This document shows positions 24,861 to 38,264 of a DNA stretch of 64,000 nucleotides, in pieces. The DNA comes from Sphaerodactylus townsendi. Taxonomy: Eukaryota. The stretch lies in contig NC_059426.1 in assembly GCF_021028975.2 (NCBI RefSeq), positions 118,420,001-118,484,000 of the forward strand, written 5' to 3'. Under the pieces are notes generated by a model, which saw only the letters and a program-made list of their open reading frames with translations, did not search any database and was not told the origin of the DNA. The position numbers and the translations under genes were made by a program. The first letter of the stretch is position 1; each line of letters begins with the position of its first letter.

Positions 24861-27248
24861 TTATGTGCCTTCAACATCAGTCTACGAAAGCCACATACAA
24901 TTGGATTCGCGAACCTTTTCCTAGTAAAATGTGTTTGGGAAAGTTGCTCGTTAGGGCACACTGCTGCTAGTACTATGGCGCATCACTTTAACTGATCACG
25001 ATCAGATGGGCCTTAGGAGTGCTTGGATGTGCGGAGGAGGTATCCTAAAGAGGTTTGAGCTTCAAGATCATTTAATCCTGTGAAAAATGCAAGGTTTTTT
25101 TGTGGAGCCCCAGACCAACTTTTAGGGTTGCCAGCTGGCCCAGGGGGGTAAAAATGGCCTGAACTTTCAGTAGAGATTTAATAGGATGCTATTTACCTCC
25201 ATCCATTAAAAAATTCACCTAGCCCTTTCCACATTTTACACCCTTGTTAAAGGGGCCAGTGATTTTTCTTTAGACCTGTTGGCAATTCTGTTCCCAAAGC
25301 TACTCAAGGAAGATGCCCCACATCTTGTTGTCATAACCATATTGATTTGGGTGTAAATTCCATTGAGAACAATGCACACTCCCTTCAGAAATGTCTCCAG
25401 TTGAAGTAGATAATTAGCAATGAAAGAAAGGCACCCTGCAGTAATTGAAAAGCTTTTTTTGGGTGCATGCTTTAAGCTCAAATGGGCAGGATTTCGGGGA
25501 TTGGAAAACCCTGTTCTCTTACTTCCTTGTTCTTTGAAACTGCAAAAATAGAGAGATTTTCCCATACTTTTTAATTTTTAATTTTGTTTCTATAAACAAA
25601 ATAAAATAAATGCATACAAAACACAGGCAGACCAATCCAGGGGGGCAGCGGGCAATAGAGCAGTGGCTGCAGATAACAGCAAAGTGCTGCTTCCAAGAGC
25701 CAATTGGCCGTGTGGGTGCCAGAGGAGGAGAAACTTATTTCTCTCTCAAGAAAGCCCCAAGAAACATGTTACTTATGTCATTCTTTTTGGTGGCATAAGT
25801 CCGTGCTGCTGAAGGGGGCCATTCCCAGTCCAAAACTTCTCTCAGAGCTGACTAAAGTTGGGAATGCCCCCCCTCCATGCAGGTGTTGGCCTCCTGTGGC
25901 ACAGAAGTGACAAGATTGCACAAAAATGTGTTAATTACTTTGAAAAAAATTCATGTTATTGCAAAGGTTTATTCCTTACTCTGAATGTCACAATTCCTTA
26001 ATATAGATTGGATATTATAAAATTAGATCAGATGGTCAGAGCAGCAGTAGCCAATCAGATGCTTCTTAGTTGCAGCTTCTAGTTTGGGTGAGTCAGATAA
26101 CTGTAATCACATATGATCTTCAGAGCGGCTTAAGCCTTTCTCTTGTTATTTATTGTGCTCGTTATTTTCTACAGATATTTCAAAATGTTTGTTTTGTTCA
26201 TACTACTAGTGAGCTACTTTTTTACTAGCTTTTTTCCTAGTTGAATAACACTGCTCTCATACAGTGTAATTTCACTGCATAGCTGTATTGAAAAGAAACT
26301 ATCCTGCTTGTGGAGTGAATTTTTTGACATAACTGAATCCTCAAGTTTGATGCCCTTCGGCTACTGTAAACATATTCTGACTATGCGCAAACAAGAAAGA
26401 CGTCCTTTATTCCCTGACATGCTTCTCTCCAGTTTTACATTTTGAAATTTTTAGATGTGGATGAATAATCTTCCTTGGGAAAGAAAAACAAGACATTTTA
26501 ATGACTGTGTTACTGTCTGAGTCCATATAGCCAATTTAATTGAGACATTGACAAACTGCTCTTTTTTAGATCCTATCCGTAGTCTTTGGCTTAGCAGCAT
26601 CTCTGTAAATGGATTACAGAATGTCTCATTGAATTAATTTCTTTAGTGAAATCCAAAATTTTAACAATCTGAGAGATTCATGTTCTAGAAATTTGCATAA
26701 ATAATTTTGCCCCAAAAAGTGGGTTTTTAAACAAGCATGCACATATTTAAAAGTCAGTCCCCAGCCAGTAATCCCATGTGTGACACTGAAAAACAGGGAC
26801 ACACACATGCATCCATTGTGTATATGAGGCAATAAATGCCATAACTTGACTCTGCAGTGTCTTTGTCAATTCATGCAAACCTTTTTCTTCAAAATAAAGG
26901 GTAGTGGATTATGCATGTAGGTAGAGCTATATGTGCATACTTCCTATCTTGCAATTTATCTGTTTACATACATAGAATCTGCTCTTCCCTCAAACTTGTG
27001 GAATCCTTGAGGAATTGTGTGAACTAGTCCTCCATCAAAGAGGAACCATTATGTTGAATTTAGATTCACGTTGTTTTATGCACTGATTATGTGCAACCAC
27101 CATTTTTCACAGAAACCAGCAATAGCAAGAATAATGTGATGCTATTGTGGAATGAATTTGGCAAGAACCTTTCGGTAGTACTGAATTATGTCAGTTTTCT
27201 TTGTCTTTACTTTTATACCTTTCGCACATTATCTGTTGTGTATTCTAG

Positions 27249-27307
27249 AGGAAAAGAAGAAGCTGCTTAAAGAATTCGAAGAAAAACAAAAAGAAGCAAA
27301 TGAAACG
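27249..27307 (+). CDS. VTI1B: VTI1B exon 2 (EEKKKLLKEFEEKQKEANET)
   Basis: 59 bp, ag/gtaaga. Confidence 0.92.
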
Positions 27308-28710
27308 GTAAGATATACATTTTGACTGGAGGTAAAGGATTCCTGATGGGCATGAAGCCTTGTTTATTCCATTTGTTCTAAACAAGAATTCATGACTGGG
27401 GCGGGGATATGCCAATGTAAACACTTCTTCTGTGTTTCCCCTTGTGTGCTTTTTCTCTCTCTTTCCTGCATTTAGCAGTATACCCTGCCAAATCAAAATG
27501 AGTCGAGTGAATGGTTAAAGTTTTTGGTTTTGATCAGCTGACTCCCATGCCATGTCACAAACTGGTTTGTGTGTGTGTGAACAGTTTTTGAATTTCCCCT
27601 CAAAAGCAGTTTGCTGTGCAGCATGAGTAGTTGTATTCAGGAATAATAAATCCAAATGTCCTTCATGGCACTTCCTTTGTCATTCTTAAGCTCCTGACCT
27701 TTATTTTTGTTGTATTTAGAAGAATTCCATGTTAATCGGGAGAATATGTACAGGAACTTCCGTGAGATGGCAGTGAGGATTTAATTCTCACAAAATAGAG
27801 AATATATGTCTGGGCTACAACATAGCAGTGGGGAGGAAGGGTGTCACATGACTTAAGGCACCTCCATAAAAAATTACCTCCATATAGAAAGCTAGATGTT
27901 AAGGAGAAAGGTTGTAGCATAGTCTTATTCCTGACATACTAGGTTAGTGCAAAGGATGTCTTTTATGAAGGATCATTAAGTTGCATGAGCCCTCATTTGC
28001 AGTCTGAAACAGAGCAGCCTAGTCACCATTTTATCACCTCAGTGCAATCTGGACCCAAGTTAACTCTTAGGTTGGATAGAGGGTGCAGTTCTAGAGAACA
28101 GCTATGAGGCATAATAGGATGAGGCAAGCAAAGATGGAAGATTAAGGAAATCCCGTGTAAATTAGATAAGATGTTATGAGTAAAAATTACTAACGTTCAG
28201 CCATCTTCTGTGTTATCAAAGTACAGTACTGTGCTGTTAGAGCAAACAGTTGTTGGAAATATGTAGCATGGAAATTCTTTTCATCTTTCCAAACATCCCT
28301 ATTTTTAATAGACTTCTGTGCATCGCTTTCTTCTCTGATGTTTGCTTCTGTGTATATAAAACAAAAAGCCAAGATGATATTTTCTTTATTTTGTTGTTGC
28401 TGTTTCAGTGTCCTCATGCAAGTACCTTTCAACTGACAGAAATTATTTTCTTCCATTTATTTCTATTTCTGTCCTAGGAGTCTTCCTATTTTTTAGGATG
28501 GCAAAGACAACACTAGCTTGTTAAGTAGACTAGTACGAGATGTGCAATCATACAGCAGGCTCTGATATTCCTGGATAAAACTGTGGGTGAGGATAGTGTT
28601 TTCACAACAGTGGTATACTGATTGGACAAATTAACCAGCCAAGTTTGAGCATGGCCATACTTCAGTTACACATGTAAACAAAGATTTTGATGTTTTATAA
28701 CTTATTTAAG

Positions 28711-28902
28711 CTGCGGGAAATGGAAGAAGAACTGAAATATGCTCCGGTGTCCTTCCACAATCAAATGATGGTAAAAATTCGTACTTATAGAAGAGACCTT
28801 GCCATGTTCCAGAGGAAAATGAGAAGTACAGATTTGGGAATGATCCCTGTAGGACTTGGAGATAAAAAATACGGCATCTTCTCTGATGAAAATCAACGAA
28901 GT
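28711..28902 (+). CDS. VTI1B: VTI1B exon 3 (LREMEEELKYAP...)
   Basis: 192 bp, ag/gtaagt. Confidence 0.92.
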
Positions 28903-31900
28903 GTAAGTATTAGATATAAAATTCACTATATGCAATGATTTTTTAAAAATTATAGTTGGCACAGTTTTTCTGGTTTTTTCTACTTTTATGGTTGATTTCA
29001 ATGGACTTTTACTGGAGCAACTTTGTGTATGATTGCGTGTCTAGACATTTAAACATGACTGAGCTTTTTGTCCTGGTGTTGGAAAGCAGGACTTTCACTA
29101 TTCCCTTCCCCAGAGTCAACTCTGAGCCTTTTCTTTGGCCACATCACAACTGCTGAAGGAATGGATTTGAGCAGAGCAGCTGGAGGAAAGATTGTTCATG
29201 GCATATTGCCAGGGCAGTAAAGGGTAGGGTGGAGTGGGAAGAGAGAGAAATTCTGCTGGTTTCCTTGAATAGTGAAGGCAGGCATCTGGAAGCCCCAGAG
29301 ACCAACAATCAAGCAAGTGATGATTCAAAAAGAGCAGAAGATGGTTTCTTAAATATGTATTTTAATCTGGCTGGAAAACTTCCCAGCTGGGATCTCCCAG
29401 CTTGACTGGCTGCCTTGGAGGAGACAAGAAGCCTTCCATGGATTCTTGGCACAATCCAGCCACAAGTCCATACTGCTCTCCTTCGAGCAAGCCCAGCACG
29501 AGGGTCACCTTGTACAGGGTGCGCATGCATGCATGCACACAAACACTCGCCTTTTGCTGCCAATAAGGATTTTTCCCCGCATAACCCCTGCTGCGTACCC
29601 CTGGGGGTACTTGTACCCCAGGTTGGGAACCGCTGCTGTGGCACCTCCCCCTGTGACAATGTGTGTCTTTTGTTACTATAGTTAAATCCATAGCTACTCA
29701 TTATGTCATAAAGTGATGATTAAAAGTAGGAACGCTGGGCAGAATTTGGAAGAAGCATATTTCATTTTCATGCAAATGCCTTCTGGTAACGGAGAAAGTG
29801 GAATCAAGGAAGGAGATTGAGTTTAATTTTTTTCTCCATTAACACATGGCATGTAGCACACTATGGGACTATTCAGGGGCGGAGCTTGTAGAGCAGGTGT
29901 TCCCCAGAGTGGTTCCCCAGGGTGCATGTCTTCCTGTCCTGGTACCTACCAATGGTTGGGCCAAGTAGAGCATTTGCCTAGCAAAGCTTCTGACTGGCCG
30001 CTGGAAATTTGTTGGCTGTTTAGATTTTAAAAAAAACATTGCTTTGACAGCAGTGGCCATCACAGTTCAAGGATCTTTACTTGGAAGTTAGCTGCAGCAG
30101 CCATTTTATGGCTGGCCCCATCTCCTGTGACAGGCATTTGTAGCATCCTTTGGTGCTGCACCCACCATACTGCACTGTTTCAGAATTTAAAATGTGCCCA
30201 CAGACAAAAAAGAAGGTTGTGCAATAGTGTGAACGATCAGTAGTTTGAATCATGTACTATAGCAAATGAAGCACATTCAAGGAAGCAATTTTTACTACTT
30301 TCCCTATCCCAAGTCATCCAAAATGCTGCTCCTGAACATCTGGGAACACCCAGGAACAAAGTGGAATGCAGCATTGAAGGCTGCTCCCAAAGGAGGAACA
30401 CTTTTTTGCTTGTATATATGAATTCATTCTGTGTTAGTAAAAAAGAAAGCTTTTTTGCTTTCATATATGAATTCATTCTGTGTTAGTAAAAGATACCGTC
30501 CAGTATACATTTATTTAAAAATCCAAATTGTCCTCATTATCTTTACTATCCAAATGTACATACAGATCACAACATCCGTGTGTCAGTGTGAATTCATGAT
30601 GCAACCTGCTTTCCCATTAAAACTGAATGGCTAATTATTAAGGGTTCCATGTGGTAACTTGGTTCGTTTGTCCTGCAAAGGTCATAAAAGAAAATTTTAC
30701 AGCTCCTCTGTTTTCTAAGGTATACGGGGCCCAATGAGCTCTAATTGCCTTCCAAGACATAAGAGGGTTTTACTTCACGTCAGGTACAGATGTGTGATAC
30801 AATTTTCAACTGTGTTCATCCCTGCAAAGCAACCAACCGATGAGGAGTAACTGCATACAAATTGAGGTGCCTTGAGGCAGGAACTTCATAGTGTGTGGAG
30901 GCTGCCTTGGGCTCCTTCATGAAAGCTACGCCAACTGGAAGGGCAGTGCCAGATATTGTAATCAAAATACATAAAATTCCATCAAAATACCTTGAATGTA
31001 ATTTAAGAATTTATCTTGACTTTTGTAGGGTGCAGCATCTAAAATTGTCCTTAGGTTGTAAGGTCAAAATTCTCACCAAGGAAGCTAAGAGTTGTTAAAC
31101 TTGGGTGTTCTTGAATTTACAGACGGGTTAGCAGAATGCTTCTATTTTTATGGATGGGTTGATCATGGTCCCATGGTGCTCTTGCCTAACCTGGCTGTGT
31201 CCTGCGGAGAAGCTTTGATTTAGCAGGCTGGTGACATGGAGACTATTCAGGAAATGGAAGCCTTGCTTTCTTTTGTGCTGAATGAAATGTCTCCTCAGCC
31301 TCACCTAGACCAGTATGGTGTAGGGATATGAGTGCTGGAATGGGATCTGGGAGGCTGAGATTCAGATCACCACTCTGCCTTCTTGGGCCAGTCCCTGTGT
31401 CTCAGGCTAATATACCCCACAGGGTAGATTTTCTGAGGATAAAATGGAGAAAGGGAAAACAGTGCAGTGAGCAGACTTGGGTTCCCACTGGGGAGAAAAG
31501 CCAGGTATAAATACCCAAATAAAAAAAATTAATCTTGACTTGCCATGATAAAGAGTGATGAAAGTATGGTAGCCCTGGAATGGGCGGCTTTTGTTGATAT
31601 GGCTGTGGGATAATGTACGTTTCGCTGTTGTGTGAAGGGCTCAAGCCAAGAAATTCCACCATCTGGAAAATGTCTGCTTTTTTCACTCTCGTCCCTTTTT
31701 CAAGTAGATTACAAACTTACCAAGCACAGGTGGTTGTGGTATTTTCCTTCAGGAATGGTACATACACATCTCTTAGCTGTATTAAAATTTACAAAAGCAC
31801 ACAACGGATATTTTTAGGACGCCTAACAGTTGAACATGCTGGCCAAGTGGAGACTGTTGTTCAGTCTATCAGCCATTCTGTAGTCTTCTGTTGAGAATAT

Positions 31901-31952
31901 TTCAGAAGATACATTTTTGCCTGCCTGTTAAGTGAATCTTTATTGTCTTTAG

Positions 31953-32126
31953 ACTCAAGTGCAGTCTCAGAGGGTGTTGCTGCTTCAAGGAACAGAAAGT
32001 TTGAATCGAGCTAGTCAGAGTATAGAGCGCTCACATCAGATTGCTGCAGAGACGGATCAAATTGGTACAGATATCATTGAAGAACTTGGGGAACAGCGGG
32101 AACAACTGGAGCGCACCAAAGGCCGT
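31953..32126 (+). CDS. VTI1B: VTI1B exon 4 (SNARE motif, ...ETDQIGTDIIEELGEQREQLERTKGR)
   Basis: 174 bp, ag/gtaagt. Confidence 0.93.
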
Positions 32127-32199
32127 GTAAGTTCAAACAGTAACGCTGTAACACAGCAGTCAGGTCATTTTGTGTTCAAAACGTTGGTCTGTTGTTTTT

Positions 32200-32356
32200 A
32201 TTCTGGTCAAGTCACATCTGAGTTATGGTGCCCCCATGGGGTTTTCAAGGCAAGAGACGTTCAGGGGTGGTTTGCCATTACTTGTCTTTGCATCACATCC
32301 AATTACTTGCCAGGGTTGACCCTGGTTAGCTTCTGAGATTTGATGAGATCAGACTA
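32200..32356 (-). mobile_element. 5S rRNA-derived SINE remnant with Sauria/BovB-type tail
   Basis: Minus strand ctgatctcatcaaatctcagaagctaaccagggtcaaccctgg resembles 5S; tail ggcaaaccac...aaaccccatgggg. Confidence 0.6.
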
Positions 32357-32589
32357 AGGTTTGCCAGGTTTGTTGCTTATGCTGGTAAATAACTTGTCAG
32401 TTTAAGAAGCAGGAATGGCAAAAACAGAGTTTGCAGAAATTAGCCTTGGGGGAAAAATTGGTCATGGACAGAAAACTCAAATTGAAATAGACCTGTTATA
32501 CTGTCATGTTTCCTTTTTAAGATAAAGGAACCTCAAAAAAGGATTATTTTCTGTGTGTATTAAGCATGACTCTGTTAAATTAGAACTTA

Positions 32590-33253
32590 ATATAAAGCCG
32601 TGGTGTGACCGCACTTGGAGTACTGTGTTCAGTTCTGGTCTCCACATCTCAAAAAGGATATCGAAGAGATCGAAAAAGTGCAGAGAAGGGCAACGAGGAT
32701 GATTGAAGGATTGGAGCACCTTCCTTATGAGGAGAGGCTGCAGTGTTTGGAACTCTTTAGTTTGGAGAGGAGACGTCTGAGGTGGGATATGATTGCAGTC
32801 TATAAAATTATGTATGGGGTAGAAAATGTTGACAGAGATAAATTTTTCTCTCTTTCTCACAATACTAGAACCAGGGGGCATTCATTGAAAATGCTGGGGG
32901 GAAGAATTAGGACTAATAAAAGGAAGCACTTCTTCACGCAACATGTGATTGGTGTTTGGAATATGCTGCCACAGGAGGTGGTGATGGCCGCTAACCTGGA
33001 TAGCTTTAAAAAGGGCTTGGACAGATTTGTGGAGGAGAAGTCGATCTATGGCTACCAATCTTGATCCTCCTTGATCTCAGATTGCAAATGCCTTAGCAGA
33101 CCAGGTGCTCAGGAGCAGCAGCAGCAGCAGGCCATTGCTTTCACCTCCTGCATGTGAGCTCCCAAAGGCACCTGGTGGGCCATTGCGAGTAGCAGAGTGC
33201 TGGACTAGATGGACTCTGGTCTGATCCAGCAGGCTAGTTCTTATGTTCTTATG
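32590..33253 (+). mobile_element. CR1 LINE, 5'-truncated (ORF2 C-terminus + 3' UTR)
   Basis: Open ORF EYCVQFWSPHLKKDI...KVQRRATRMI...TRGHSLK...WNMLP; TTCTTATG-type tail. Confidence 0.92.
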
Positions 33254-34332
33254 AACCTATCAAAATGTCCAGTTTCAGTCACTGTTCTGAATACCAGCAG
33301 TTTTGATTTTTTTAATTGAAGATTTCTAGAGTCTGAGCCTGGAATCTTGCAGACCATGAGCTGCACCAGTGAGTTCTATGTGACTCCTGAACAATGAGGA
33401 AATGGATTCTCTGTCTCCATCCTTTGCTAATGCTTGCTGTACAAGCACAAGAGGGGGCAGCCCGTTCCCACTTCTTACAGCAATCACCCCTCCATAGCGC
33501 ATGGTAGTTTTTTCCTGGAGGGCTCCCCAGCCCTTCGCATTATGTTGTCCAGTATTACGGTGGGAGGGCACACTGGGGTCAGGGCTAAATGCGGAGGACC
33601 TGCCTCAGTCACTCTTTATGCCTCCAGAGGGTAGGATTCAGCCTATTATGTTTAAAATGGTGACAAGCCAGACTGTTCTGTTTTTGTGCTGGTAGAAGAA
33701 CACGACTGCATTGGTTGCAAGTATGAGAAGAAAGGACAGAGTTTGTGATTATCGGATATAACTCATGGTTGAAAAAAGCATGTTTTATTCTCTTATGGTT
33801 GGTGAAGATATACTTGAAAGTGTGGGAACAGTGAAATTGGAGAAGCCAGAAGGGTAGCTAAATAGCTTTTCAGTGGACAAGGATGGGATGGAGGCTTTAG
33901 TGCTGTTCATCTTTGTTATTATCCAAATCAATTAATTTATGGAAATTTAGCAAATTGCATAATTTATACAGGTTGTCAGACCGAGTTTGTCGTAGGATTT
34001 GAATGGGATACAAGCAGGCCTGATTAAGAATGTCTAACTGCAGAAGACATATTAATTTGCTTGAACCTACAAACAACAGTATAGGTATGAAGACTAGATG
34101 CTAATCAGAGTCCTGCATGGAAGTTCTTCTTTGCTTCAGTTTGCAAGATCTTGTTTATGACTAGACTGCTGTTTGTAATTTAAGAATATAAAGTTCAGTA
34201 TTGTTTCTAGCTGCATGTGCTTTAGTCTCACTGTTGACCTATTTGCCTAATATGCTATGCTTCTCAAAACAGAGTCATGTTTTATTCCTTAGATAAGCAT
34301 TTAGAATCTAACATGCAGCTCTTTCTTTTTAG

Positions 34333-34394
34333 CTGGTAAGCACAAACGAGAACTTAAGCAAAAGCCGGAAGATACTACGTTCCATGTCAAGAAG
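34333..34394 (+). CDS. VTI1B: VTI1B exon 5 (LVSTNENLSKSRKILRSMSR)
   Basis: 62 bp, ag/gttagt. Confidence 0.92.
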
Positions 34395-36858
34395 GTTAGT
34401 AAGATTAGAGTTATTTTGAGTCTCTGATCAGAATCTCTAAATAACTTCACTAGTAGGTAGTTTCTTACTGTGAAAGCACATGGTTAACAAACAAAAGGCA
34501 GTGTTCTGAAAGAACGGCTTTTATTTTACATAGGGAAATACCAAAGGGATGTTTTACTATGAGGGAAAATAATTATGTATATAAGTAATTTTCCCCCCAG
34601 AACCAGCTGCCTTCTTATATAATTGAACAGCATGTTCCCAACAATGAACCAGAATAAGTGGAGGACTCTGGGAGATGTAGTCCAGAGGGTGCCATTCTCA
34701 TGTACAGCAAGTGGAACTACAACTCTCAGACTTCTTCTCACTCAGCTGGTAACACTTCCTAAAGCTCTGGGGTCCTCGCAGGGCTGTCCTAACCCTTGCC
34801 TAAGCTAATTCTAATGTAGGTCACCAGCAAGCCCAATGCCAGTGCCCAGGTCTGAACAGGCCACTCCATCCTAGGTTGTTGGGGTTGTGGGCTGGTGGGG
34901 GAGGCCTCACTGCACCTGGAATGGCTCCAGTTGAGGTGGTGAGAGTGGGGCTGTGGGGCGGAGGCCTCACCATGCCCACACAGAGCACTGGGGGGCAAGA
35001 GAGAAAGAGAGAATTGGAGTAGGGGGAAAAAGAGAGAGATAGGTAGGTAGGTGGGTGGGTGGAAAGAGAGAATGAAAGCTGGGGTTGGGTGGCAGGAACA
35101 TGGAGAATAGATAGTTGGGGAGAAAGACAGAGAAAGAGAACTAGGGTAGCAGGGCAGAAAGTTTAAATACAGAGCTGGGGTAGGGAGCCAGAAAGAGAAT
35201 TGGGGTAGCAGGGCAAGAATAGAGACGATTAAGAGAAGAGGTGGCAGGATGGAGAGTGAGAAGCACAGAAAAAGGGGGAGAACAGAATAAAAAGGGAGGG
35301 GGTAATGCCCTCTTGAGTCCCAACTTGGGGGTTCCCACTTGCTACAGCCCGTTGCATTTTTTCACACAATGGGTTTCCCATCTTCACAGGCATCCTGCTG
35401 GCTTTGCAAAGTTGGGATCCAGATCTGCAAACTGGGGGGGGGGGGGGGGGTGCACGCAATTTCAGTGTTTGTGTCATGTGCCATTTCCCGTAGATATGTC
35501 CCATCCACCTCTCTTGCCCTGCGAGAATTTATTTATTTATTTATTTTATTTAATTAGGCTTTTATACCGCCCCATCCCCGAAGGGGACATGGAATTAGTT
35601 CTCTAGAGTCCGTTGCACAACATAAGATTCTAAATTCCGAGTTCGTCTATATCTAAATAAACAGTCTAGTGGCACATTATACTAACAAGATGTCATGCAC
35701 TTGAACCAACTTTATGAATATAAATGATATACATTGACTCAATTCAGATGTAAGTTGAGACCATTTATTTATTTAAGTTAATTCTAGATTGTCTCTCCAA
35801 AGAGCTGCTCGAGGCAATGTGTAGCAGATTTAACCACTAAAAATAACCAATCAACAGAACTGAATCATACGAACAATCTAAAAACAGCATAAAGAAGAAT
35901 ACAACCATCCAAGAGCAGCAAAAACGCAAGACAAAACAACCTGCATAAAATCCACAAAATAGATGCAGCCAATAAAATAGCAGCAGGACAAAAACACACA
36001 AGTAAAATGGCCAGTAGAGAAAAAACAAAATCCTTTTTTTCTTTTGCCTATGGTTTGTTTGTAAGTCAGATCCCAATTTCACAGTCATTCAACTCATGCT
36101 TGTTGCATCTGTAAGGGAGACTGCTAATACATTGGTTCCCAACCTGGGGGCTGGGGATCCTGGGAGCGGGCATGGAGTTGTTGCCAGAGATCCATGCATC
36201 TTTGTGGTTTTGTGGTGTTCTCGCCAAGCATAGCTGTACCTTGAGGAGTGTGGGGGCATCATTGGTGAACAAATGGAACCTCTGTTGCCATGACATACAA
36301 AGTCAGTGTTAGGGCTACCTGTGGTTAGTAAGCCAATTTTAAGCCATCATTCAGACCTTAATTTAACTAGCTATGGTTAGTGGCCCAAATCGCTCTAGCC
36401 ATAGTTTAGATTAACCAAGATTTTATGCAACACCTGTTTATATTTTTCTTGGAGCAAACATTTCTTTTGTCACTTTTTTGCTACAGACTACAAGATTTTG
36501 AATGTTTACCATTCGCCTTTTTAAAATTCTACACTTTCTTTGAGTCCTTTGCAGATCACTTTCTCACATTTACTAACTCATAGCTTTCTATAAACTTCAG
36601 TGTCAGTTCTTCCCTTTGTTTCTTTCCTGAGTTTAATTGACTTTCCCTTTCTACGTACTTTCCTGAGCTTAATTGGATTTCCCTTACTATGTACAGATTC
36701 TCTAGCTATTTTTTTCAATTACATGTAATATAGATACTTTTTCTTAAAGCTTAGGGAATTTGATTCTGCCATCTCATCTTAGTAAGACTATGTTCACCCT
36801 AGTCAATGTCATGTGGATTTTTTAAAGATACAAATAAATGTTTTGTTTTTCCTTTTAG

Positions 36859-36949
36859 ACTTATGACAAACAAATTGCTGCTCTCAATTATCATCATTCT
36901 GGAAGTCGCCATCCTGATGGGCCTCGTCTACTACAAGTTCTTCAGATGA
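36859..36949 (+). CDS. VTI1B: VTI1B exon 6 (TM anchor LMTNKLLLSIIIILEVAILMGLVYYKFFR*)
   Basis: ttttag acceptor; TGA 36947-36949. Confidence 0.93.
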
Positions 36950-37194
36950 GCTTTCAAGACAGCTTTCTGCCTTGATGACTCCCATCATCTCACGGATTAT
37001 ATACAGACATTGCCAAGTAGCAGCTCCTTGACAGAGGCTGGAAACGGTAGTTGATGCAATGAAAGGCCCTAAAGGTGTGCCATCAGTCTAGGCAACATGT
37101 TCACCTGACAAGAATGCATTACTACCAGAAGGAAGCATGACTGGGAAGAAAGACAGGGCGCAGTAAAGTGTTGGTAAGACTGTATAATTGCAGT

Positions 37195-37200
37195 AATAAA
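37195..37200 (+). terminator. Candidate VTI1B polyA signal AATAAA
   Basis: ~245 nt after the stop; GT-rich sequence downstream. Confidence 0.6.
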
Positions 37201-37389
37201 TATATTTCTAAACTGACAATGTGATTGTCTAACTCTTAATACAGCAGTTTGGTTGTGCAGTGAAAAAAAAAATAACTGCCCTGTACAAACCCAGCATGCA
37301 GTCCAGTCAGTGGGAGGCCTGTCCATCTGAGTAGCTGAGCAGAGCTTTATAATGCCCATTATGAGACATATGCCTTAAACGTTGATGTC

Positions 37390-37595
37390 TTAAATCTGTA
37401 CTTGCTGTTCACTGTCAGATTCATCTGGAGAACCAGGTGATGGGAGCTCTTCAAAAACTGTGTGCGCACCTTCTCGTGTCTGACCGAAGCACGTAGCAAT
37501 CACATCTACTGCAAGATTAACTGTTGCGCTCACTTCCTCCTGTGAAGCTCCAAGCAGTGGATTTACTTCTACGATGTCCATAACAGAAAGCAGGC
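37390..37595 (-). CDS. ARG2: ARG2 exon 8 (LLSVMDIVEVNP...FGQTREG...QVQI*)
   Basis: 206 bp; TAA at 37390-37392. Confidence 0.94.
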
Positions 37596-37943
37596 CTTAG
37601 GAAGTAGTAAGCCAAGAAGAAGGAACAGAGACTTTAAAATCACTCACAAAAAGACTGATTGTCAGTTCTCCACAGTATTGTATGTGTCTTGAGTGAAATC
37701 CAACTTTCTAGCCGCCTAATGACTGACAGACTCAACCAGCTTTTCCGAATCACTGTTAGACCACCAAGGACCCCCTTTCCAGATGAGTGCTTATCTGCTC
37801 TGACTTTTTGCATAAATTTTCTTGGGAAGCTGTTTTAGGAGCTAGCAATGCCATGCTTTGGTGAAGGCAAAGTCAAGGCTCTTCTCAAGTTATGATAATG
37901 AGTAGCCAAAACTGGGTGAGAGACTAATGCACTGATGGGACGT

Positions 37944-38091
37944 CAGTGGTGCAGCACCCATGGAGCGGGTGCGACACACCAAGCAGACCCACGGCAGAGG
38001 CATGGCTGGGCCATGGAGGAGGTGGGTGGTGCCGCAGCAGGAGCACAGGGCACCCCCCCCCCCGGTGCAGTTTCCCGTTACTCCGCCTCTG
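37944..38091. mobile_element. Small hAT (Tip100-like) MITE, 148 bp
   Basis: Ends CAGTGGTGCAG / CTCCGCCTCTG; near-perfect 8-bp TSD TGGGACGT/TGGAACGT. Confidence 0.65.
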
Positions 38092-38194
38092 TGGAACGTC
38101 TGCCTGCCACAGGGCCTTGCACAGCTAGGCACCAACCTAAATCTGTCAATGAAACGTTATTGGCATATGCAAGTCTTCTTGAGCACAACATCTG

Positions 38195-38264
38195 AGCATG
38201 CTGGCAGGGGTTGATGGGGATTGTAGTCCATAACATCTGGAGTGCCAAAGGTTCACCACCATGG
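38195..38264. mobile_element. Half palindromic hAT MITE
   Basis: Same core and terminus family as 18558 and 57077 copies. Confidence 0.65.

Larger units (their letters stand above)
24528..36949 (+). other. VTI1B: VTI1B (Qb-SNARE), 231 aa; CDS join(24528..24645,27249..27307,28711..28902,31953..32126,34333..34394,36859..36949)
   Basis: 696-nt intact spliced CDS with Habc domain, SNARE motif and C-terminal TM. Confidence 0.95.

Noticed and set aside
24313-24924. Overlapping ORFs of 90-133 aa in the VTI1B CpG island
   Set aside because: Low-complexity Arg/Pro/Ala products expected by chance in GC-rich DNA; the true exon is 24528-24645
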